Source: Octopus bimaculoides
Taxonomy: Eukaryota
NCBI RefSeq assembly: GCF_001194135.2
Contig: NC_068998.1
Location: forward strand, 31,924,840-31,961,548
DNA: 36,709 bases
Direction: 5' to 3'
Shown: one piece after another, positions 21,738 through 34,074 of the stretch
Position numbering within the stretch: the stretch's first letter is position 1
How the letters are laid out: each line of letters opens with the position of its first letter
Program-made: the position numbers and the translations under genes
Notes under the pieces: model-generated
What the model saw: the letters and a program-made list of their open reading frames with translations, nothing else
Database searches by the model: none
What the model was told of the DNA's origin: nothing

Positions 21738-22283
21738 TGTTACGAACGCCCACACGCGAAGCACCTCCTTAATACCGAAGAGGGGACTCGCGAACGCTCG
21801 TATGCTCAGTGAGCTAGCAACTCGTCTGTCGGTCACCTGACCGATAATAAAGCCCCAGCTGGAGCACGTAACGAAGAACAACACAGGCAAAAGGAGGGGA
21901 GGAGGAAACAACACGAAAACCATGCGTTGGGTAACCTTTTCTTTTTACATACATAACATCACAGAATATATTTAAAACATTAGAATAGAGCATTACATAA
22001 TAACAATTCCAATACATGGCATAACAGTTCAATAACGTTGACAAAGTTTCCAAACAATTACAAGCTTTTCAATCATTTTTACATCGCAAAGTTCGTGTCT
22101 CAAGTTTCATTTGACAACAAAGTTCTTCTGCTTTCTCTGTCAGACTTATTCTTCATCTTCATCTCACTCGACTGGCCCCATCTCCACGGGCAAACTGCTG
22201 TCCCCCAACTGCTTCGGACGACTGCTACCACTCGACACAACCGATCCTGCTGGCTCCCAGAGCTCGACTGGCCAAAATTCTCT
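21738..22283 (-). mobile_element. LTR-like segment (3' part of a probable Gypsy LTR)
   Basis: Sharp TGTTACG terminus (…GTAACA on minus) at 21738; CpG-rich; purine-rich then AT-rich then U5-like organisation; no ORF homology; the other terminus is missing. Confidence 0.55.
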
Positions 22284-23034
22284 GAAGTTGAAACAAAGAA
22301 CCAACGTGAATTTTTGCCTTAAACTTTTGCTACAGAGACATCGAGCATGCTTTGGCAAGCCTACAGTGATGAGGTGATGGGTTGTATGCAATATTTCAAA
22401 TGACACAAGCGCTCCAAAAGCAGAACATACCTGGAAGACGATGAGCAATTTGGAAGACCTGCTATGAGTGTCACTCAGGAAATGCAGAGGAAATTCATCA
22501 GCTTGTGCATGAGGATCCTCAAAGGACAATCAATGACATAGCTAATGTCTGTCATATGAGTCCATGCAGGCAATCCTAATGTTTGAATTGAACATGTGGT
22601 GTGTCTAACAAGTTTGTCTCCAACCTGCTGAACACTGAACAGACAGAACATCCTATCGAAGTCTGTCAAGATCTCCATCAGCTTGCCACTGATGACCCGT
22701 CTTTATATTGATGATCATCACTGGTGATGAGAGTGGACTTCTATCTGTGGGCTTCCATCTGTAGACGGCCATCACTTCCCCAAGATGAAAAGGCTGCTTA
22801 AAGGTCATGTTCTAATACTGTTGTTGAGATCCAGTTTGAATTGTAAAGGTCCTTGACTTACATATAGAAAATGACTTCCAGGCTGGATTCCAAAAGTGGC
22901 AGGTACACTGGAACCAGTGTATTGCTGCACAAAGTAACTATTTCGAAGGAGATGATGTTAAAACTTAGGTAAATAAGTTATTTTTTTTTTTTAAAACATA
23001 ACTAGCCTGGGAACTCCTTGATACCACCATGCTA
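22284..23034 (+). mobile_element. Internally deleted mariner lacking its 5' end
   Basis: LKQRTNVNFCLKL, LEDDEQFGRP, IITGDES, FPKMKRLLKGH, CIAAQSNYFEGD; right TIR actagcctgggaactccttgatacca matches the 29108-30024 family. Confidence 0.85.
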
Positions 23035-23249
23035 CACATGAATTTCATCATACACTCTCAACATTTCCTCAAGTAAAACCATGGCTATAATGAAATAAGA
23101 AAATCTTTTTTAATTTCTGAAACCATAATTTCCATCCAAACAAAACTGCTTGGAAATATATCAGAGTTTTAATATGCGTGAAATGTAATTTTGGCACCGT
23201 TAGGCTGCTATAGCAGTAAGCAGGGCAAAATTGTATTGTATTCTTAACA

Positions 23250-25060
23250 AACCCTAATGGTTAGCCATTCTACAAGAGCAATTATTTCAGTTCATCAAGT
23301 AATTTGACATTACTCATAAATGTAATGCTGAAGCCTAAGTAATTCATATTCAGTGAGGTGACAGCACAGTTTTCAAGATTTGAAAATATATTTAACTGTA
23401 TCAAACAGCATAAAAATATTTTCAAATACTCTAAGATTTTCCTGTTCTTAAGAATATAGTTGCTGCACATTCATGATTTTACTTCAACAATCAAATCTCC
23501 AATGATTTCTGTATTTTTCACAAAATTTCATCATTTTGCTAGCTACTGAACTGGATACACCAGTTTGTCTAAAGGAATAAAAACTGTTATTGCAAATAAA
23601 ACTGGAAAATTTGTCATAAACTTTGAATGCAATGAACCAGCTTGCTTAGCTTCTGATTGATCAAAACATAAGAACAGGATTCTGGCTATTTCAAAAGCAA
23701 TACTGTTTAAATTTTAGGCCATTCTTTGTCATTGAAGATATAAAAATTACCATTAGCAACAGATATACTCATCTATAGATGTGTAATATAAAGTAGCTTC
23801 ATGTTATTCCTCTGTAGGAAAGCCTTATTAATTACAGAATTTTTGGACAAAGTAAAAATTTTTGCATTGGGATGTAATTAATCTACTGTTGCTGTGGCTC
23901 ACTTCTAAATTCGATAATAGGCCATTGGGTTATATCACAAATTTACAATGAAATTCACAAAAGACAAAAAAAAAAAAAACATAAACATCTCACTAAAATA
24001 TCGCTTCCAGATTATCTGTGTTCCAGTAATTAAAAAGTCAGGCAACTGCTAATAAATTATATCAGCCAATAGGAAATAAGTCTGAACTAATTTTGACTGA
24101 TCATGTGAAATATCTATCTTTAAACTAATACTGTGACATTCCCAGCTTCATAAATACAAGCAAAAATGACATGATAAGTAAACCTACCCAACACCAATGA
24201 AAGCAACATTTCCAGTACAACATTTATCCCACTATAACATCACTGATTCTGTGATATGGAGTAAGGTATGCTTTATAACAATATGTGATAGTAATATGAA
24301 AATGCTGCTAAGTGCCACTATTATTTCATCATTTTGACATGAACTTATTTGACTAAAACATCACCAGTTCCAACATGATCTCTGTGTAGTCATTGGTGTC
24401 ATATGTTACAAAGATCACATACTGATGCCACCTTCTTTCAGTCAAGCAATGCACAATAGATGTCACATCAATGATATTATCTGTATACTATATATAGAAG
24501 TGATGACTTCTATTTCTATAAGCACTGCTCATGGTGGATGCAGCCATTGTATGTCATCATCTCAGTTACTTCCGATTTTAATTTCATCAGATTACCCATC
24601 TCAATGCATTTATTTCTACTGCAATGCTGTCAGTTACCTCTATAGAATTGATCATTATTCAAACTGGCCTATTGTTGGGAGAGCATCCAGTAGTACAGAT
24701 GAATTTATAACCATTATCCAGCATGTATTTGCCATTTTTGTCATTCCCTATGAATCAGCTTTAGAAGGAGGTCCCAAGTTTGTCACTACTCTAGCATGGG
24801 AATTTTGAAGAAGTGATGTTTATACCACTACCTCTCTTCATTTGCCTTTCAACACAGCAACTGACCTACTGGAAATCGGTGTCAAATAACCAAATGCTTG
24901 ATCACTGATAACATAGAACAAAATGGAGGTTTGCTTCAACATGCTATCTGCCAGTATCAAAATACACACAACTGAGACATTAAATTCATGCCTGTAATGT
25001 GCATTTGGGGTAGACCAATACAAGATTTCATTGCAATTCTACCAATACTTGACAAGAGAT
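23250..25060 (+). pseudogene. Degenerate Ty3/Gypsy pol (RT end, RNase H, integrase)
   Basis: PACLASD*SK/GFWLFQKQYC, LDKVKIFALGC, HQFQHDLCVVIGVICYKDHILMPPS, YLYRIDHYSNWPIV, IPYESALEGGPKF, EIGVK, QYQNTHN, WGRPIQDFIAILP in correct RH-INT order. Confidence 0.85.
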
Positions 25061-25360
25061 TTTGAGCGTTCTTGATAATGTGCAACCTCAAAACTTAGTT
25101 AAACCTCATCGTAATAGAACATGTGATGTATTTGCAGTGTGACAATATGAAGCATATGATTCAGGTAGGGTTACCATATGCAAGAGTTTTTAAGAGTATA
25201 TTTGACTGCACAAATGACCCCTCAGCTTTTAATAATTCATGACCTACTATAAACACAGAACAAGTAAACAACATCTGATGTGAATCAGCACTCTCTGTTC
25301 TCACTCTTTGAAGAAAAAAAAAAAAAAAAGAAACAGTGAAAAAGAAAACACAATTCTACA

Positions 25361-25640
25361 ACTTCCAGAAATTCAAAACAATAATCTTCTTTGTGGAACA
25401 TGGATGAATATCTTTGACTTTATTTACCTCACTTTTATTTTCAGGAAAAATCATGTTTCTATTTTCCATTTGTTAATTTTTTTTCATTTCTCTACATTTC
25501 TGGCATTACCTTCAAGAGATTTTAATTGAACAAATCAACCCTGCTACTATTTTTTTAAAACCTGATACTTATTCTATTGTTTTATTTTTGCCAATACTGG
25601 TTGTCAAGTGGTAGTGGGGGACAAACACACACACACATCA
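25361..25640 (-). repeat. SINE 3' fragment plus ~110-bp flank shared with 26641-27050
   Basis: ttctttgtggaac...ttatttacctcacttt.attttc..gaaaaatcatgtttctatttt occurs at both loci. Confidence 0.75.
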
Positions 25641-25670
25641 TGAAGAAATCTGATAAACTTTAGTTGATAT

Positions 25671-25783
25671 AGTAAAGAAGAGTTTAAGATGTAATACTAA
25701 TCATGCATTATCAATTAAGTCATGAAATAGGAAAATTGTATAGGTTGCCTTGAAAGAGTTTGTTATTTGCAAAGATCTAAAAC
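25671..25783 (+). repeat. 113-bp direct repeat (copy at 28977-29089)
   Basis: About 14 mismatches by manual alignment. Confidence 0.85.
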
Positions 25784-25784
25784 A

Positions 25785-25890
25785 CAGTGACCTTCATGAG
25801 GCAGTGTGCTGAGTAACATTGTTATGTTTACTTTGCAAGTTATAAAATTTGTGTTTTTGTGATCACATGTATGCTGTAGCCTGCAATTTA
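25785..25890 (+). mobile_element. Mariner 5' UTR fragment
   Basis: cagtgaccttcatgaggcagtgtgc...aaaatttgtgtttttgtg is the reverse complement of 29835-29937. Confidence 0.8.
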
Positions 25891-26296
25891 AACCATGTGT
25901 CACAGAAAACACATAATGAACTATCTGAATTAATACCAATTCAACAAGATACTGTAAAGCCATACAGCCAACCAATAACGAAGCTTTTAACATCAGTTTC
26001 AGATTCAGGAATCTTCAAAACAATCTCAAATAATGCAAGAGAATATGGAAAAGTCCACACAAGAACAAACTGGAATATTTAAGCTGCTTATTGAATTTCA
26101 CCAAACGCAAACTAGATTTTATTCTTTGCCAACATGAGTTTCAGAGGCAAGAGAATGGATAAAGAATATCATAATTATATTTTACTTATGTTAATACTTG
26201 TTAGACTATTATTTCATCAACATGTTTTACTTATTGATTGATAGTCATTGTCATACTTACCACTAACGATAAGCATTTCGCATTTGACATCTATGC

Positions 26297-26329
26297 ATGT
26301 GTGTAAGAGAGAGAGAGAGTGAGAGAGAG

Positions 26330-26409
<80 letters not shown>

Positions 26410-26410
26410 T
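26297..26410. repeat. (GA)n(GT)n(GA)n microsatellite
   Basis: Directly visible. Confidence 0.95.
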
Positions 26411-26859
26411 GGCTTTCTGATCCAAATCAAGGACATTCCTGCTGTGAACACCCTGTCTTTTTAGAGGTAATAAGACTATATCATCTTATAGAAGTATTGA
26501 GACTATATCATCTTATGTACCCATCCCACTTTTGGTAGTGATTAGGCAGCTATTTTAAGCAGACTAAACAACCACAGAGAAGTTCCCTCATTTGTTCATT
26601 CTAGAAAATAGAAATGTAACATTTGAATCTCATCCTCGTAACTTAAAAAATTCAAAAAAGTGATTTTCTTTGTGGAACCTCGATGGATATTTTTGGTCTT
26701 ATTTACCTCACTTTATTTTCGTGAAAAATCATGTTTCTATTTTCTATTTGCTAAATGTTTAATACATAATTTCCTTTTAGTAATTTGTTGATTATTAAAT
26801 CTTTCTGAGACCTTTGCTTATTCTCTAGATATTAATTTATCCATAAGAATGATATCTAA

Positions 26860-27204
26860 GTATTGAAGAGTTTTTAGTCAAACAAATCAACCCTAGTACA
26901 TTTTTTCTAAAACCTGCTACTTATTCTATCGTTTTTTTTTTTTACTTAACTGCTAAGTTACAGAGATATAAACAAACCGACACTAGTTGTCAAGCAGTGG
27001 TGGGGATTAAACACAGAAACAGCACACACACACACACACACACACACATGATGGGCTTTTTTCAGTTTCCGTCCACCAAATCCACTTACAAGGCTTTGGT
27101 CACCCCGAGGCTAAAGTAGCCATAAGCTTCCCAGCCATAAGGTTCTGAACTCAGAACCTTATGGCTGGAAAGCAAGTTTCTTACTACACAGTCATGCCTG
27201 TGCC
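26860..27204 (-). mobile_element. Near full-length CORE-like SINE with internal palindromic rearrangement
   Basis: Head at 27204, (CA)n, 3' segment; 27126-27173 converted to a palindrome. Confidence 0.85.
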
Positions 27205-27267
27205 TAATTGTATATAGTTACTGTAAGCAGAATAAGGCAAATAATTATATGGAAAGATATTTGTATG

Positions 27268-28498
27268 TATGAGGGGTGTTCATTAAAGATTTTTCCCTTA
27301 CCCACTTCTGATTATTGCAGGAAATGGAACTTGTACAGCTATAATCGTACATGTCACTACATGTCACATTGTAAATTGTAGCTTTCCACTAAAATTCATT
27401 TGTCTTTTACGGCAGCTGAAGTGGACTAAGGTGTTATAATGGAAGCAGTTGAATGCAGATCCATGATTAGGTTCTTATACTTGATAGATCATACACCAAA
27501 GAGACTTCTGATGAGATGAAAGAAGTTTATGATGATAATGCACCATCATACGACATCAGTGGAAACTGCTTCTATTCCTGGATGACCTCATTGATGGCAA
27601 CACCATCCATAAAGTGGAAGCTGCCATTTTGGAGGATCACGGCATAACTATTCAGCAACTAGCCCAAGAATTGAAGATAAGTGTAGGATCCATGGAAAAA
27701 ATATTCATGACCATTTTCACACATGGAAATTGTCTACATGATAGATTCCCTAGATGCTCACACCTTTTCAGAAGCAGGAACAAGTCAATTGCTCCCAGAC
27801 ACTTTTGGCAATGTGCCAAGAAAACAAGGAGGACTTTTCCGGCAGATTTATCACACAAGATGAAACATAGTTCCATCACTATGACCCTGAGGCCCAGTCA
27901 AAGCAATGGAAGCATGATAACTCACCACCTCCAGAGAAGGCTTGTGTCCAACCCTTAGCAGGCAAGGCGATGCTCAGTCTTTTGGGACCAGCGTGGAGTA
28001 GTGATGATGGATTTTCTGGCAAAGAGCAGCACAATTAACAGAGAATATTATGCTTCTCTGCTGTGGAAATTGTGGGATGCCATCAAAGCAGAGAGGTGTG
28101 GCATGCTGAGCAAAGGAGTCTGCCTCCTCCAAGACAACACCCCAGTTCACAATTCGCATGTTGCCAAGATGAAAGCATACTCCTGCGGCTATGAAATCCT
28201 TCCTCATCCCCCTTACTTTCCCAACCTCATACCATCTGACTTCCCCCTCTTTCCAACCGTGAAGTTCTTTTTGAAGGGGAAGCACTTTTCAGATGATGAC
28301 GAACTTATTTCTGAGATAAAGTCTTGGCTCCAGACACAACCTGCCAACTTCAACAAATGAGGTTTTCACAGCTACATAAAGCGATGGGAGAAGTGTGTCA
28401 CCACTATGTAGAGAAGGACTAATGATTATGTCAAGTTTCGTTTATCCCAGTCTTTGGGAAGTGGGTCAGGGAAAATCTTTAATGAACACCCCCTCATA
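27268..28498 (+). mobile_element. Near full-length mariner transposon
   Basis: ~41-bp TIRs tatgaggggtgttcattaaagatttttcccttacccacttc / gaagtgggtcagggaaaatctttaatgaacaccccctcata with TA ends. Confidence 0.93.
27439..28422 (+). pseudogene. Mariner D,D34D transposase pseudogene
   Basis: MEAVECRSMIRFLYL start; QDN and PNLIPSDF aspartates separated by 34 residues; multiple frameshifts and stops. Confidence 0.9.
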
Positions 28499-28976
28499 TA
28501 GATTATGTATGCCAGCATAACAGTACTAGGCTGATAATTTTTTGTCAAACATGATATACAAAGCAAATTATACAAAATATAGAGAAGAAAATGAAAGCAC
28601 CTGTTATGGAACTAAGCAATAGAGTTCCATGTACTGCTTGAGGTAACTGTATTTGAGAATTCAATACTCTACATTTTATAATTCCAAGCAAAGCTTCTAG
28701 AGCCTTCAGAAATACAGTCTGTTAGGAATTCACACAACTTTTCCAGTAATTCTATTGCCTTTATCTGTTACATGCCTTCCAATACTAATTGAATGAAAAA
28801 CATTCAAGTAGGTGTTCATGCCTTTTATATTAGGATAATTCAGTTCACAGCCTTTTATGAAAATATAATTATGCTGTGTTCTAAACTGGAAATCTGAGAA
28901 AGGTAGTTCTAATCTCAGCAGAGACCTACTGCAAGCTTCATGATGTGTTCTATGGATTAAAGGAAATTTATAGGCC

Positions 28977-29089
28977 AGTAAAGAAAAGTTTAAGATGTAA
29001 TGCTGACCATGCATCATCAATCAAGTTATGAACTGAGAAAATTGTATAGGTTGCCTTGAAAGTGTTCATTATTTGCAAAAATCTAAAAC
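28977..29089 (+). repeat. 113-bp direct repeat copy 2
   Basis: Matches 25671-25783; upstream frame HDVFYGLKEIYRPVKKSL is weakly RTE-like. Confidence 0.85.
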
Positions 29090-29107
29090 TCCTTGCTTAT
29101 ATATATG

Positions 29108-30024
29108 TATGAGGTGGTATCAAAAAGTTCCTGGACAAGTTATGTTTAATAAAAAATAACATATTCACCTAAGTTTTAACATCATCTCCTTCAAAATAGT
29201 CAACTTGCATAGCAATACACTGGTTCCAGCATTCCTGCCACTTTTCGAATCCTGCCTGGAAGTCATTCTCTGTAAGCAAGTCAAGGATTCTGCGATTTGT
29301 TCTTGCTCTCAACAACAGTGTTAAAACGATGACCTTTGAACTGCCTTTTCATCTTGGGGAAGCAATGGAAGTCAATAGGGGCTAAATCTGGTGAATACGG
29401 TGGGTGACCATGTGTGTGAAGTGATACCATGTTGTCTTTGGTGAGAAACTCACGAGTGAGGAGAACTTGGTGACAGGGCACATTGTCGTTGTGAAGAATC
29501 CCAACGTTAGGATTGCCTGCACGGATCCATATGACAGACCAACAACATCAGCAATGCCATTGGTTGTCCTCCAACAATCCTCATGCACAAGCTTATGAAT
29601 TTTATCCACATTTCCAGGGGTGACGCTTGTGACAGGTCTTCCAGATCACTCATCTCCTTTCAGAGAGATTCTTCCACTTTTGAAGCACCTGTGCCACTTG
29701 AAATATTGTGTGCGACCCATTGTCTCATCACTGTAAGCTTGCAGAAACATGTTCAATGTCTCTGGAGCAAACTTACCAAGTTTAATGCAAAATTTCGAGT
29801 TGGCTCTTTGTTCCAACTTCCTGTCTATGACAAAAATTGCAGTCTAAAGCACACGTGACCACAAAAACACAAATTTTACACCTTGTGAAGTAAACACAGC
29901 CTTATCATTTGGCACACTGCCTCATGAAGGTCACTGCTAGCTCTCACTGCACATCCAACCATGTGCTTCCATCTGCAGGTGTGCAACAGAACTAGTCTGG
30001 GAACTTTTTTGATACCATCTTGTA
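29108..30024 (-). mobile_element. Internally deleted mariner with both TIRs
   Basis: 33-bp TIRs tatgaggtggtatcaaaaagttcctggacaagt / actagtctgggaacttttttgataccatcttgta; minus strand KLEQRANSKFCIKLGK...SVQAILT fused to HNDNVPCH...HPPYSPDLAPIDFHCFPKMKRQFKGHRF. Confidence 0.92.
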
Positions 30025-30027
30025 TAT

Positions 30028-30116
30028 TACACACACACATGCACACAAGCAGACACACACACACACAACATATATACACGAATACACATACACACATGCA
30101 CACACGTACACACACT
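30028..30116. repeat. Imperfect (CA)n
   Basis: Directly visible. Confidence 0.9.
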
Positions 30117-32534
30117 TTAATAGCCACTGAAGAGTTTAACAGTTTTAGTTGAAAATACATTTTATGAAACTTTTAGGTCACTGGTTTATTAAATACAGAC
30201 TAGTTTCTTGTGACCACACCTCAGTTTATTCGATTTCTTCATGATGTTTTATTTTAAAGCTCTTTAGCTGTTCTTGATCGAACATTTAGCTATTATAGAC
30301 ACTGATTATATTCGATCTCCCCTCAGAGATATTCTAATAGTTTTTGTAGTCTTCATTTCTTTCCAGTAACTAAAATATCAAACATGATATTTTTGACTTG
30401 TAGCTAAATTACATATCTTAAACAAGCTGTAATAACAGTAAAATCAGCTGGTATTATAAGTAAATTTAATAACTTGAATGACAAAGAATAACTTTCTTTA
30501 AGTGGAATGAAAATAAAGATACAAAGTGACATGTAATGACTAAATATCTGAACCTCTAGCTATAAAATACTAAGAAATAATATCGTATTGATATTGGTCA
30601 GATAACTTTTAACATGAAATACATCACTATTTAGAATCAAATTAGCCACCTTATGGTATATTAACTAATCTTTCGTGTTTTAAAGTTCAAGCTATTTTGG
30701 ATCTACTTTAGACATATTTTGAGATTCAATAAAATATTAAGATCGAAGTTATATCACTGCCAAGAGCAATTGATGTCCAGTCAAAAAGTGAATATGTATG
30801 GAATGTGAAAAAGGCAAAAGACCACAAATTTTATGGCCACAGCAGGAACACCATTTTGCTTCTCTAACCTTTCACATGTAAGCATCATTGCATATAAATA
30901 AAACTTGTCATACCAGCACAGACCCCAATGGGGTCATGCTTATCTATTCTCATCAACAACAGTTTCACTTACTAAACATATCAAGAAAATAATATCATAC
31001 TTCACCCCAATCTTCACAACATGAGACCGAAATCTCCGTTATTAGAAACATTAAGTATATCAAGCTCACTAGTCTCAGGGGGCATCTGAGCATCTCACAC
31101 AGCCACATTGATCAGACCAAAACAACAAACCCTAACAATCAGAATAATAGCAGCAATGATGTATTGCCTTTTATTACTGTTCAGTAGGTGTTATATAAGT
31201 GGCACAATGCAACACTCAAAAGCCATCTATACTAATCTTATGCTTTCTTTTTGTTTCTTCATTTAACATAAATCCTGTCAAGTAATTCTGTAGCTTTGTA
31301 GTCTTGATATGTAAGTTGTGGAATTCTTGAGTTCAGTCTACTATCCGAAATGTTGGCACTCGCACTGGCTCTGTAGAGCATATTGTGTAATCTGGTTTTA
31401 TTGAATATAGACAGCTCTAATTTTCATCCCTTCTGAAGTCTGCTGGAGTATCCTTTTATCTTTGTAGCTTTAATCACAGCATCAATGTATGTAATATTTT
31501 TACCAACTCTAAGTTATTTTTAGTATTTCTCATTGGAGATAGGGGCAATAGACAGGCTATTGGTATTCATAATATTTATCTGGTTCACAAACTTTCTTTG
31601 TTTAATTATGTAATGTAATGAAATGTAGTGGTGTAAATATAATGTAATATATATCATCTCCCACTAAAGAACACATACACTATCGCTGTTTCTTGTAAAC
31701 TCACCATCTGAGTACTCACAAATTGATATGGCAACGTATGGATGTCTGACATAGATAAAGCAACAACAACACAACCAGTACCTTGTGATCATGGAAATTA
31801 TTTGCTTGTTAATGTTTGTTGTTGTTGATATAACAGTTGAATAATTGCTTAAAGCAAAATTTTTTAGTTCAGAGCTTCTTAAAGTACATGGCACCATTCC
31901 TGAAGTGGAGCAGTGGAAAATTTTATTTGGATACAAGGGATAAAGGGGCAGGTAATGGGTGATGGATGCCTCTGCAAGACTTTTTTTAGTTTTTGTATCC
32001 AATTTAAGTATTAGCTTTTAAAAATTCTAAATGTCATATGATAAATTAATTGTTATTTACAATCACAACAAATGTTGCAGTAACAATAAAAATATCAACA
32101 TCAACAATAACAGTAATGAACTTCGAAATGTAAATAAAGGATGGTAGTACATGTCTTTGTTCTATTTCATTCAAGACATGACTTGCCTCAATAAATTCTG
32201 AACATAACAGGTGGTCAGCTGCTATACAGAGGAATTTATTGACCGAATTGGTGACTTTTTCACTGTTTTTGTTGTTATAGTGTGTATCATCTTAAACATT
32301 AGTCTTTTCGTTTACTTGTTTGGGTTCCTTCACTATTCAATAATTTGTTACTTCTATTCAAAATAATTCTTTTCAATTTTCAGCAACGATATTTTGTTCC
32401 TATGCTTACATGACATTACCATTTCAGATGCGATTACTTTCAGGGTTCCTTCAAGATGTATGTTGCATACTCGTGAAGTCCTGGTATATGGTGCAGCATC
32501 TTTTATAATAAGCCACTGGGTTGTGTATTCTACT

Positions 32535-32754
32535 ATATATATAATGTATGTATATATATATATGTGAATGTATGCATGTATATATGTGTGTTTATGTGTG
32601 TTTATATATATGTATATGTGTGTTTATATATATGTATATATGTGTGTTTATATATATGTATATATATGCATATATACACATATATATATATATTTATGTA
32701 TATATACATACATATATATATATACACACACATATATATATACATATATAAATA

Positions 32755-32785
<31 letters not shown>

Positions 32786-32786
32786 A
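32535..32786. repeat. (TA)n/(TG)n compound microsatellite
   Basis: Directly visible. Confidence 0.95.
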
Positions 32787-34074
32787 ATGAAAAGAAAATG
32801 GAGGTTTATGATTGACTTATTTTAATTTATTAACATAATAGTATATTATAATATAATATAAATATAAATGTTATAATCCTACAATTATTTCAGTTCAGAC
32901 CCAATAATAAATTCATAAAAATTCATGTTTATAGGTAAGAATCTCATCAGGGAAATATTTGACAAAGTTTACATTTGAGGATTTTTAGATCCTAGAACAG
33001 ATTGAATTAAATATGTTTATGTTTGTAAGCATGAGCATCAATAATTAAAAAATATATATAATAAAAATATATAATACAAACAAAAATAAAAATAAATAAA
33101 TAAAAACTAATATAACGGTCATAAAATATGTTTGTGTACTTTTAAGGATATTCATCTAAATATATTTCTGCACATTAGTTTTTAAAGAAAAACAGAAATA
33201 ATATGCTATGAATTTATGGTGAAATAGGAAATATCTGCTTTTATACTTGCATACTATTAGGAAAAATACATGTTATTCAGACAATTTATTCAGAAAAAAT
33301 CCTTATTCTTACAAGTATTATAAAACAGAAACAACCTGCTATTAATCATGGTTAAATAAAGAAAAAAATATTTAAATACGTTATCCTCACTAGGGCAATA
33401 CTAAATAATAAATTACACTGTATTCATTATTTATAATAACTCATACTAAAAATGCAATAAATATTAAATATACATAGTTTTATTAAGAAAATAACATAAA
33501 AAAAACTATAGATACACATTATTATGATAGAAATTTACTAAAGTTATTAAAAAAAAACCCTTAATTAACTATTTATTCAAAAGTTTGTTTATTCTCAATA
33601 TGCCCATACTAAACAATTTTATAAAAATTAAAATTATTTATTACCTATAATAATTTGTACATAAAATAAACAAATAAATATAAATAAATAAATAAATAAA
33701 TGATCAAAAAGTTACTTAATTTTTCAGAGGAAAATAACTTAGTGTAAATCAATATGTTTATAATTTTTATGGATTCATACTTTCAAAAGAGCAGAAGAAC
33801 AGGAGATACATAATTTCACAATAGAAATTTATAAGTCTGATAGGGTCTATGATGAATATTCGTATATGTATAATCACTTAAAATTTATTTTAAACATATA
33901 TAATTATATTTAAGAATTATTATAATATACCTTAAAGTTATAATCTTTGTTTATGTGCTGATATATTTCTTATTTATACTAATTATTACATAAAACAAAT
34001 AAAAAACAAATAAATAAAAAAACAAAAAAATTACGTTTTTTCAGAGAAAAATAAACCACTGTAAATCAATACTC

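Noticed and set aside
30880-31500. Possible LINE endonuclease relic and gacccc-aat-ggggtc hairpin
   Set aside because: Similarity is too weak and a 6-bp hairpin is expected by chance.
31664-32002. 112-aa minus-strand ORF and a plus-strand exon candidate near 31868-31950
   Set aside because: No recognisable homology and only weak splice context.
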